The notes below the pieces were generated by a model. It saw only the letters and a list, made by a program, of their open reading frames with translations. It did not search any database and had not been told where the DNA came from. Source: Lingula anatina (lineage: Eukaryota; Animalia; Brachiopoda). From it: a stretch of DNA of 64,000 nucleotides. Below are positions 26,953-39,978 of the stretch, one piece after another (within the stretch, counting starts at the first letter, position 1; every line of letters starts with the position of its first letter). The position numbers and the translations under genes were made by a program. The stretch is from the NCBI GenBank assembly GCA_051362555.1, contig CM120647.1:13430651-13494650 (forward strand), in the 5' to 3' direction.

Positions 26953-29900
26953 CTAGGGGCGCTGTATACAGACGGCACATCAGGAGATGACAAACTGGAC
27001 GACAGAGTGATGCCGGGAGAAACCATCACTCTCGACTGGCTGCTGTCAGATGAGCTTAAGGGCGCTCCTGCCACGGGTGACCCCGACTGTCTTCCATGGA
27101 CATATCACAGTCATCTGAACCCCATTGTCGACGTGCAGTCGGGGCTGATGGGGATCTTGGTGATATGTAGACCAGGTGACTGTCATTAACCGTTTATCTG
27201 TGCTTCTGTTTTTTTTCCTCTTGTATAAGAGGTATTGTAGATGGGGGTTTCGTGCCAGATCCCTTTTTTTGTCTCGAGAGAGAAGCAGTTTTTGTCTGTT
27301 CTTAAATCATTATCGATGTTTTGTACGGTTGCAGATGATATATAACTTGGTACCTAAAGAATTGTGGTCTATTTAGACCTCCACGTCTTCCAGTTATTTC
27401 GGAAGGAAATACAGACTTGACATTTAATATGGAATATTTTTTCCAAAACATAATTCATCAGTTTTTTTCCTATTTTGCTGACTGATAAATGAAAATAAGG
27501 ATTAAAATCGTGTTTTAATAACTTTTGATAATCTCTTCGATGTCATTGTGACATCAGTTTATTAATTGAATTCGTCAGTGAAGCAAACAAAAATACATTG
27601 CCTATTTTAAGTCATACGACAACCATTGAAAGCGATATTTTGGATCTCCATATTTTCCTAATTATTGTCTTTAAAAGAGTTACACGCCCCACAAAGGCCC
27701 CCCATGTCAGTGTCTAGTCACAGCAACAGTCGCTGTTACGCTTGACCTTATCTTGCTGCTACCAGAGCTTTCAAGCTGCAAGGCATTTCTTATGATAAGC
27801 TTTTTAGAGTTTAATCTGGAATAAAATTCCAGAATACGGTTAAAACTTGTCCAATTTGGCTCAGTTTTGATGTAGGACATGCAGGCCGTTGATTCGGCGA
27901 GTAATGACCTACCAACATATTGTCTATGGTGTTCAAATATGGCGATTTTGATGACCAAGGTAGCTACTCATTCCCTTGGTTCTGTAAGTTATCTGCTATT
28001 AAATGTGCTCTGTGTGAACCGGCAACCTCGCCCTGCAACCTAAAATTGTTCCTAAGGTGCCCCCTAGCAAATAATAGTCAAGTGGTTCCCAGATTATTCC
28101 TTTATTTGATCTGGTTAAGGTTTTCATCGATGACTACCATTGGTGTTTTGGCACCAATGTGGTATCCACTCCAAATACTGACACTGTCAATGACCCTAGC
28201 CTCTTAATAAGTGGCACACATTTCGTCGAAGGCCTTTTCAGAATGTCTGTAAACTCTGTTTTGACCAGTTTAGCGGTACAGGTTAAATCTGGCCTCAATA
28301 AAGAAGCCACGCGGTTTCAGTGTTTTACCCAGAAACTGTCATGGACCCCAATTCATTAGAGAAACAGACTAGGCTGCTTTGCTGTTTACAGTGGCTTCCT
28401 CAGAGGTCGCCTGGAATCCTAACCTGCTGAAATCAGTTTGGTGTTCGCTAAGAGCCTTGAAAAACAAGTTTTGGTGACAATTTGTCCCTCATTTAAAACG
28501 GACTGGGTGGTTTTGGTTTAATTGCAGCAGCATATCCTGAAGGACAGTGAGTCCTATACCCTGGTGGTAAGACGTCGATGCATTGGGCTTGGTCTCTGTG
28601 TAGTGCCTCAAACTGAGCATAACTCTATAAAACTGTGTAGACCGTTCCGTTTGACACAATAATCTGTCTGGCAATGTCTGTGTTTTTCGCGCCATTCTGG
28701 CACAGCTTAACAGTTTTGTAAAACGCTGCTTAACTCATTTTACGCTCTGCAAAACCGACCGCTTGAATGCAAAATTTCAAATTCTTCTATGCAGTATTTG
28801 CCGACATATGGATACTTTATTGACAGAACCATCCTTCGCCAAAGCCAAGCATTGACTAGCCCAAAGGAGCACTGCCCAATTAAATCACTGCATATTACAC
28901 AAGGCAGCAGTGCAACAGACTTGGTAGTCAGTTAATTGGCAGCGACACACCTGACTTCACACTTCTCCAGACAGATGTCTTATATGAAATCTGATTTTTT
29001 TAAAAAAAAAGAACGCATTTTGACCTAGGTATACCTTTAAAACTGAAATATTCCATATTAAATGTCAAGTCTGTATGTATTACCTTTGAGGGATTTTATC
29101 ATTTTTAAGTGTGAAATCGTGAGAAACAAGTAGCAATGCAGAGCATGTAGAGAAATATGCCTTTGGGATACTTCCGTAGTATACTATATATAATTCCAAT
29201 CTACAGTGACTACATTAGATATTCTAGGCATGCTGCTGATATATTGAACTGTTGACAACTTTCTCAATACGAATTTGTATTATTTTTATGAGTACAGATT
29301 TTGCTTTCTGTCAAATACTTGGTAATATTCTTCAGGTTTTTATTTTATTGTTATTTTTTGCAATAATATATTTGTATTTTTGACACATTTAGGCACCCTG
29401 GACGATGATAACGAACGGCGTGACGTGGACAAGGAGTACATATTGCTATCACACATCATAGACGAGTCAGCGAGCTGGTATTTCCAGGAGAATGTGGCAA
29501 GGCAAGTACTTTACCACCTGAAAATGTGTGTAAAAACTGTTTGAAATCACTTAGGGCCTTTCGGAATCGAGCGGTACACTTATAAACCGGACCAGTGTAA
29601 CGAAACCAGAACCGAGTGACAGAGGGTCTGCCCTCCATTTAGTTATAACGGTTAGAGTTAGCCTGCCCTAAGTGGCCCAAAATCTAAGGCTAATCTTACC
29701 TGTACAAATCGATGGGAAGCGAACTCTCTGTCTTGGTGGACTCTCTGCCACGTTTAACGATTACACCGGCCCATTCTGAGAAACTTACAAGCCAATCGCC
29801 AGTCTACTGCGTAAGAGAGTCACCTCCTGGAGCCTCGTTTTCGACACGGTCTAAACATCAAGAAGCGAACTTTTTTTTTTGGTCTTGGGGAAAATAACTC

Positions 29901-32671
29901 CCTGTTTTGCAACACGTTTGGACCACAAAAAGGTAACGGTCCAGAGAAGATAAATCTCAGTGTTACAAGAGTTCATGTAATAATAGTATTGGGAATGATA
30001 TCTTTTTGAGCATTAAATGCGTTACGATAATTATGGAATGAGGTAGCCTTTTTTCTACCTAGTCCCAAAACTTTCTCAAAAAAAGAAGGCTCCCACACGT
30101 GCCACATAATGATGAGGAATCTTCTGCTGTCTTGTCCACTTCTGCCACACATTTAACAGTATTCTAAACCATCTGCAGGTTCGCACCACAAGCAGACCAG
30201 AATTCTCCATCGTTCGCCACCAAGTTCCACACTATCAACGGCTACATCTACGGGAACGTCCCCGGCTTGGAGGCTTGCTCTGGTGACAGAGTGGCGTGGT
30301 ACATGATAGGACTGGGCAACGAAGACGATCTTCACTCCCTGACTATCAACGGTCATGTACTGGAGTATAATCATCACAGGTGAGGGGGGAAGGTGGATTT
30401 TGGGGGTAGGGTTGGAATATCAAGGGGGTGAGTACTCTAATGATTCCCAACATTTGGAAATTATTGCGTTGACCAGACCTGGTGACTGTTGTAAATCGTC
30501 ACAGGTGACAGTTGCTGGAGCCTCGTGGCCATGACGGGATAGGGGTGGAGGGTGGGGGTCGGCAATGACTTAATTTTCTTAGCATAACTCAAATCAACCC
30601 TTGTTAAATTGTTGAGTAAAAATTATATAATCGTATTTATAGATTTTATATTCAAGTTAATTGTTTGTTTTTTTATTTGTCCCATTACTTAAATAATGAC
30701 TTGTCGTGGGCTCGTATCACCCGTTTTATATCCCTTCATAATTCTTCCAGAATGTATTATACAGGTTATACACCTATAGCAATGTATGGACTGTACATGT
30801 CTTCACCTGTATAACTCTATGCATATCTCTCTTATAGTGCTTGAATTGTTTATCATGTTATTTGCTCTACCAGTATAACTGTACAGCTCAGACACTAAGA
30901 CCCCATTCCCAGAAATTAGATCGATCTACTTTAGATCGACCTAACTCCCTGGGGGTTCACGCTAAATAGCTGTCAGCCGAGCGGGCACGAAAGTTAATTA
31001 CCCCCTTACAGCTTGTAGTAGGCGGGACGGACATTTAAGCCGGATTATCTGACAGTAATCTAGTGAGACTCCCCGCGGGGATAGATCGATCTAAAAGCTC
31101 TGGGAATACACCCTTAAGGTCATATCCTTTGTAACAAATTCCCTTGTACGACAACACAATATCAATATCATTATGAAAGTTATTCGTTATTTTCAGAACT
31201 GATGTTATCGCGCTGTTCGCCGCCAAATTCTCAGCAGCGTACATGACAGCGGGAGATGTGGGAAAGTGGATTATCAAATGTCAAACGGCTGATCATCATC
31301 TTGGTAAACAATCACAGAAACACACCATGTATATAAAGGCACATGCTTCGTATCTTAATATTGTCAATACTAGCAGGGGAAAAGCACTCTTTTTATATCC
31401 ACACCACAGTGTCACAGAACGTACAAAAACATTGTGCTGGTACGTTTTGCTAAATAAAACCGTTATTTTATTATCAATGTGTGACACCCCGAAGGCGCTC
31501 CATCATGCTATGACACTTCGATTCTCATGTTGAATAATGGCTATCCCTTCATCCACTTACTGAATACATCACTTTGGTCATTTCAGAGGGAGAGCAGGCG
31601 TTCCTTCACGTGAGCCCCTCGTGCGGTAAACCCCCTCCTTACGACTTTCTGGGTGGCCATACCCGGACTTATTACATCGCAGCGGTGGAGAAGCGATGGA
31701 GTTACGACGGGGGTTCCGGATTGAACGGATACGAACGTGGATTAGCTTTCCTCAAAGACCCAAGCCAGTAAGTGGTCTTGTGGTGTTTCCCAAAATAGTC
31801 TCAAACCGTTTCCATAATTGCAAGTGCAATTTATGTTGATAGATTTTGTTATAAAAAAATTGAACAATGTATAAGAACAACATTTGGTATGAATATTTCT
31901 TTAATTACAGAGAGTCCAGCAAATACTTTACAAAAAATTCAAACCGCATAGGCGGTACGTACTGGAAGATCGTATATGAAGAGCATACAGACGACAAATT
32001 TACGACGGTAAAACGAAGACCACTGTCCAAATACCATTATGGTCTTCTTGGCCCCGAGATTGCTGCCCAGACAGGAGACACTATTAAGGTATGGAATTTA
32101 GTCCTGCAAGGCCTGCTTCATAAAACGTCTGGAGTCTATTTTATTGGGTTATCAGGACCTTGTCGACTGCGAGGTGTTTCAAAAAATGATCTTAAAGGCA
32201 GCTCACCTCTTTTTAGTCGGGCTTTGAGCAGCTAGGGGGCAATTAACATCAATAAACACGACAGTTAAATACACCCCAGCTGCTCGAGGGAGCGTGACAG
32301 ACAATTGAACCGATTTCACATATTGCACTTAGCGTGAATGCCCCCAAAGGTGGGTCGATCAATGTAGTCCGATGGATTGTATGGGAATTGGGTCTTCGTA
32401 GTTGCAGTAATCCATGTGGTTGTGTCTAATACATTTATTGTGGCTCAGTCATTTTGGAGATCTCGTAAATATATACTGTAATGTCGACATTGCATAGTTT
32501 ACGTAGAACACCAGAACTTAAGATTATTTGTGAAACAGATACAGGGTAATTTTCCATCTTTGGTCTCTCTGGATGTAGCCTAATATGACGGTGACCTACT
32601 TATAACTGTGATCAAATCTACAGTTTCAGCATTTTCAAAATCTGATATCCAGAGAAATTGATGGCGAGAAA

Positions 32672-32706
<35 letters not shown>

Positions 32707-35700
32707 AATAAACACAGAAGCTAGATTGTCACAGCCTTTCTGCTTTCTGTTTACAGGTTGTTTTCAAAAACCTTGCCCCCAGCTCGGGAAGACGATTTTC
32801 CATTCATCCTCGTGGAGTGAAGTACGACAAACAAAACGAGGGAGAGGATTACAATGATGGAACACCAGGTGCGTTGTTGTTGCTGTGGTCAATGTTTTTG
32901 AATACTATTTGGACTATACTATTAAAATAGCGAATTTTGCCAATGTGACATTCCCTCAAAATCTCAATGGGCCTTACAAATTAAAAGCAAAAAACTACCA
33001 ATTGTTTATTAAAAGTCTACAATGACGGAACACCAGGTGGGCCAAGCTATTTATAATAGTTTTTTCAATGGCGCATTCCATTAAAATCTCAATGCGCCTT
33101 ACGAGCCAAGAGCGAAAAATTACAAATTGCCTATCATTAGTCTAAATTTTACGAATCACTATTTATAATGAATATATATTTATAGGAAGAAATATTTAAA
33201 ATAATTAAAGTTTCTTTATCAATTACTATATATTTAAATTTAAGTATAAGGTCTCCAAAAATTTTACAAGACATTTGCAGTTCTTACATCAGTAGGTAAA
33301 GTACTTCGTAACTTTGTTGCGTATATTGTAAAATTCCCATTTACCAAACAATTTGTATTTGCCCTTCACCCACTGTCAGCACTGATCTCCTAATGATGCA
33401 TAAATTGTTTATTTGGCACAACCAAGCTCCTTTTCCCAGAAGTTAGAGCAAAAACAATCAAATACGACTTCTTTGCAAAATCTAAAACCCATTAAATATA
33501 TGCTAGTTTGATTAATAATTCCTTATAGCTTTACCATTTTGTTTCCTGGTTTTACACATTTGTTACTGTGCATTTTAATCTGACCACTTACTTCAAATTA
33601 TGGCCCTATTTCACACAGACCACGAATCCCACGAATGGCCATGAACTGACAAATTTCACGATTCGTGGTTGAATCGTAATCAGTTCGTGAAGTTCTTAAC
33701 AGATTCGTATATAATCGTAGTCAGTTTTTGCAATTCTTGATCAAGCGGGAATTCGTGGCAAAGACTTTGAGCTGTTCAAAGTTTTGGCCACGAACTCCCG
33801 ATTCCAAAAAGTCGTAGTGAATTTCTGGACAATATTCGTGCGATTCCAGCCGAATCCCACGAATATTCGTTACACTATCGCACCTGTATCGTAACTGAAT
33901 CGTAGAGCGTGTCGAATAAGACCAGAAAATTGGCAAAATCTCACGAATCCTCACGAATCCTGAAATTTGTCAATTCCTGGCGATTCGTGGGATTCGTGGT
34001 CGGTGTGCAATAGGGGCCTTAGCGAAATAGACTTGCCATATCTTTTTCTACAAGAATTATCGATCAACTCTATCAAGGGATAGAGAAACCTCAATTATTA
34101 TTTGAATGGTGAAGATGTTATTTTTTATTATCATTCTAGACGGTGGAGTGGGCTATCAACAAACCCGCACCTACACGTGGACCGTGCCTGAGTCCTACGC
34201 ACCGGAGCGCGCAGATTCAAAATGTATCACATATATGTATCACTCCGCCATTGACCCAGTTAGAGATGTGTTCTCAGGTTTGATTGGTCCGTTGGTTGTT
34301 TGCAGACGAGGAGAATTGGCAAGGGTAAACGTTCTGACAGCAGAGGCGGTTTTTGTACTAGTAGTTATTAACCGTGTGATCACTGTTTTTGGTACAAATA
34401 AGATGTACTCTTAAGACACATTTTTAATTCTATATTCACATTATTTTGAGGGAAAAAAGCATATGTCACGATGCCTGTTCAGATTTATGTAGTCTTCGCA
34501 TATTTAATAAGTTCATTTTGTGTTTTACTGATGTGTGATATTTAAATAGGGTTTCATAAAAAAAAGCAAATATAACCAACTCTACTGTATATGAACACTT
34601 CTAAATTACCTTTCAGCGAGGCATGGAGTTCACTCTGCTTTTCGCCAATTTCAACGAAAACCTGTCATGGTTGCTGGAGAAGAACATCTTGGAGTTTGCC
34701 TCCCCCGCGGCATCGAGCTCGCCCGGATTTGAGGAGTCAAATATCATGAGCAGTGAGTGTTTTTCTGACTAACCTCTTTATTTGATTTATAATAACATAT
34801 GAATATACAATAATTGGCTTTGATTATGTTCACCTCGGGGATATACAAGTGTTGGAACCGAAGACGGTATAATTGACCTACGCCGACGAATTTTGTCCTG
34901 AAGAAAACGCATATCAGTCTATGTAATATAATCATTTTAGTTCTTATTCTCTTATACCATTTAATATTCTATTGTCTTACCGTTTGATGGACTCTGCTGT
35001 AGGTGAATCTACAATCTTTTGACTTTAATTTCGAATTATTTTCCTAATAATTACTTTTATTTAGGCATCAACGGATATTCGTATGGCAACCTGCCTAAAC
35101 CAACAATGTGTTTAGGAGATCAAGTGACATGGCGTCTGCTTGCCATAGGAAACGTCATTGACATGCATATCCCTACCTTCAGTGGCAACACGTTCACGAG
35201 ATTTGACGGGAATACGCGAGACGCCGTGTCCCTGTTTCCCGGTACAACAGAGACAATCTCTATGAAAACTGTAAATAAAGGTAGACGCCAATGTTACTTG
35301 TCAATTTCAAACAGCGAGAATTTTCAATGTTTCAGACCGATTAGTCTATATAAGTTGGGAAAAATAGAAAATCATTAAAATAATATTTAAGATACTCAGG
35401 ACATGGTTGCTAGAGATGACGTTTGAAATTGTTGCTGTCAAACATAAAAAAGCATAGTATGATACTATATATTCGACGCACTGGTGACAAACTATTCATT
35501 TACTTTGAATCCACTTAGCCGAAATTCCAACAAGCATCTTGCTTAGATATAAATCCAATCCGCCCCAGTTTGTCTTTCACTGTGATATATTTATCTACTC
35601 CTTGCTATCTGTAGGAATATGGAGTCTGATAGACGCTAGCGATGACAACAATGTGGCCGGAATGGTGGCGCTCTACAAAGTGGATCAGTGTCATTTCTTC

Positions 35701-38700
35701 CTTAAGCATCCTCTTGCACACTCGGAGAAAGGTCTGTAAAATGCGTGTTTAAATTAATATTTTTTTCTTTTATAACTGCATTTGTAAATGTCAATATTAA
35801 GGCGATATATAGCTTGAACTCTTGTCTCGCTGAAAGTCGAGCTGGACTTGCATATATCGCTTGGGTGTCAGTATATTATCTCATATTAATCTCTCATACC
35901 CGACATATGTTCTCTGTGTCCTAGGCATCACTCATACGTACTACATAGCCGTGGTGGAGAGAATGTGGGAGTATGCGCCTTGGAAATTTGACCTGATTCT
36001 CGGAAAAAGTATCACAGACCCTTCAAGGTACGTTATTAATAATAATAATAATGATAATAATAATAATAATGTTTAACGTCAATAATGATCATAATGATTA
36101 TCATGTTCTTGAAAAAATAATAACAATAATAATGGCGAAATTTCTGGTAAATCTTATCTCGATATAAACATTTTCAGTAATAAAAAATATGTAGGCCTAT
36201 ATGGAATCTAAAATAAGAGCAAAATGACTGAATGTCCGCTTTCAATCAAAATTTGATCCATTTGATCCAGGTACTGTGGCATTCCTTATGTTTGACCGAC
36301 TAAATAGAGGGCTGAATACATCTACTTTTTCTTAAAAAAAAAAAGATAAAATAATTACTCCTGTTTCTACTGCTATATCTTGGATTCAAGCAAATCTAAC
36401 TTTTGAGTGGCTGGATTCCCATAACTAGATCGATCAAACAGGATCGGTCCATCTCCAAGGGGTTTCTCGCTAAATTGCTTTCAGCTTAAGCGGCTCAATG
36501 TCTGGTACGCCTACTAAAGCGGCTAAACGATAGTTATTTACCCCCTATCAGCCATTTAAGCCGCTTAAGTTAGTTGCAATTTAGCGACAATCCCCTAGGA
36601 GATAGATCGACCCAAAGTTTGTACGATAGGGTCTGGAAATGGTTTCTTATTTCCAGTACGATGTACGTGTTCGCTCGTACTGATTGGCCATTCCTTGGTA
36701 CCCGGTATAAAAAAGCTTTGTACAGAGAGTACACGGACGCCACCTTCACCGTGGAAAAGACTCGAAGTCCCGAGGAAGAACACCTTGCTATCATGGGGCC
36801 TTTCATAAAAGCAGAGGTCACAGATACCATCAAGGTTTGTTTCTTTGTTTTTACTATTGTTTCACGCTTTTTTGTTTCTTTTTTCTTTACCTCAAACAAA
36901 CTTTACTATAATAACTCTATGTAGGAGGTCTATATGTCACAATTAAAACATTGTGAAATATAATATATTCTGTTTTACGACAAAAACAGCAGTTATAGCT
37001 ATTTTTCTGATATTTGAGCTTGTCTTCAGACCACGTGACCTCCATTGATGGCTATATTCTGTTATAATCTCTTAAGAGATTTTAGCAAAAAACCAAACTT
37101 TTTAGAAAAAAGACAGGGACTAACTTTGAATGTACAAATGGATTCATTAACCATTGGTAAGTATGGGAAAATTGTTGTTTACTCCAGGAAAATTCATTTT
37201 TTGACCAAAACGAAGATTTATTATCCCTTTAAGGAAACACGAAGTGCCTTGAAAGTGCACTATCACACCTGTTTTTAAAACTGTTCTTTTACTAAACCAA
37301 AAGTAATCCATAATCATGGGTAGGTTCTTTGCAGACAGTATATAGTACGATAAAGCAATGTTTATTTTGTTAACATTTGATATGAGGTAAACATACACTC
37401 TGTCGTCTCTAAAAACATTTATGCTGAAAACGCTGTCCTATTCGCATGCCAGCGTTCTTCATATGTCTTTTCTTTTCTGCTGTCTGTTTTCAGGTCGTAT
37501 TTAAAAACATGGCATCGCGCCCGTACTCAATTCACCCCAACCTTGTGATGTATTCCAAGGAAGACGAAGGCCACGCCTACAAAGATGGGGTCAATGTAAC
37601 AGCGGGAGTGCCCCCTGGTGGCATAAAAACTTACACGTAAGCTTCCTAGTCTTAACAGATCTCGGCCCAGAGAGTATAGATAGTAAAATGAATGAATGAT
37701 TATCTGTTTTATTGTAAAATATGGAGCAGTATGTAATGGCAAAACTGAATAGATATTAGTATCCAAGTACAGTGTATATACCGGGCACTCCATACAAGAT
37801 GACACTACACTACAATATGATTATATAATACTAATATATAACCATATAATTAACCAAGATGAGCAGCCTATGTTCATGTAACATTTTTCTTGAATAAGAG
37901 AAATAGCAATTAAAATTTTAAGGCAAGTAAGAAAAGAAAGCTTGCCCAGAGGAAAATAACATAAATAAATACTACCTTTTTTAGATGGGAAGTACCGAAA
38001 TCCTCTGGTCCTGGCAAAAACGACCCAAACTGTATCAGCTCTGCCTACCGTTCTGCTGTTAACTTGGAGAAAGACTTGGCATCCGGTATGGTTGGACCTA
38101 TGGCTCTTTGCAGGAAAGGTAAATGCATGAATTAAATTAATTAATTTATTAGTTAATAAACTACGGGTAATTAATGCCCGCCTTAAAAATGAAAGTCTTA
38201 AAAAAGAACATATGTACAGTAGTTATCGTTACCCTTCACAATTAAAATTAGTGCTTGGGCAACAACCACAATATCGGCAGTCATATAATTTAAAACATTT
38301 CATCAGTTTTATTGAATGAACGGTGTAAATACATTTGAAAGCCACAAGTCAAGTTAAGGAAGTAAATATGTAATGTGATTATTCGTGTGCAATGAGAACG
38401 ACTGTCATTTCGCACTGCGAAAACAGAAAACCGCATCCATTGGAATGCTTTTAATGACGAGCATGTTGTGTTTTAAAAATAAAATCAAACTTTAGTTTAG
38501 ATTTTTACGAATTTAAATCAACTGACATTGCTCCAGGTACACTCTCCGAAAACAAGCGTCGCGATGTGGAGAAAGAAATCGCTACATTATGGACCATATT
38601 CGATGAGAACGATAGTTGGTATCTTGACGAAAATATCATGAGTCATCCACAGTATCCCGGTTTTTTGCCAGACAAGACTGACGCAGAATTCCTAGAAAGC

Positions 38701-39947
38701 AACAGATTCCATCGTATGTAACTTATTTTTTCCTTGTTTTTTATTTTATTCATTTCATTTGTTTATGTGACCCGAATACCTTAGGAATTCTACGTATAAC
38801 GTGATAATAGACAATTTATTTACCTTTCTTTCTTCTTCGCTTCCTTTGTTTACACGGTAGATTTTTCCCTACGGGACTTTCCTATAGAACCTTGCGGGAC
38901 TCCGCAAGAAACCTTCAGGTCTATATAGGAATTAAATCAGTCCATGGGACGTTCTATAGGTTCCCTATGTAAAAATGTCTTATAGGGTCCTATATGATTT
39001 TGGACCAATCTTCTTTGAATTGGGGTTTTACAGGGCGCTATAGAAAATTTCCGTAAGAGTGTGTAAATGTTTCTGTTTATGTTTGGCTCCTGAGCGATGA
39101 TGTTGATTATTTAACAATGTATCTGAATAATTTTTATGTTGTCTTTTCCATGATGAAGCTATCAACGGGCTTATCACGGCCAGAGACCCAGGGTTTAATA
39201 TGAAGGAATGCGACCTCGTGGCCTGGTATTTCATTAGCTTCGGGGGTCGCGTGGATATCCACACGGTGCACTTTCACGCGAACTCGTACATCTGGAACAC
39301 GGAGAGCGCACACAGAGGAGATACGCTTGAGGTAATATTTTAGTATATGTTTGCATAAATTTTTCAGTATAACAAGAATCAAAGCCCGCTTAGAACCGCA
39401 GTCCGTTTCTATATTATTCATCACAAGTGACGTTAGTCATACTGACTCAGACACTTCTCTCTAACCATATCCTGTGCTAATGCATTATGGGATCTTGGAC
39501 TTCCTTTACTTAAGACTACCATTCCTGCGAAACCGTAAGCAAGCAAGGTATTTGGCCATTCTCCAAAGATAAAAGCGGGTAATTGCCTTTGCTCAATATT
39601 CCTTGAAAAAATTGTTTGATGCTGATCTACAAATCACATAAAACATTCTTGTAAACCGTTGTTCCAAGGAGCAGTTCTTTCCAGAAAGAATTCCTCTCCT
39701 ATATTTTGTTTTTATTTATGATTTTAAAATAGTGAATTCCACATTGCATGCTCTGTTACTCCTAAATTATTCAGTAGTGAGAGTAGAAACGTTTATTAAT
39801 ACTGTGAACATTTGTTCACCACGTGTTTTATTGTGGGGACTTAATATTTTACGCAACAACTACTGTCTTCGCAAAGCTGTGCATTTTCGACTGTCAGATG
39901 CATAGATCGATATTCGGTACATTTGTGTACGCGTACACACACACAGG

Positions 39948-39978
<31 letters not shown>

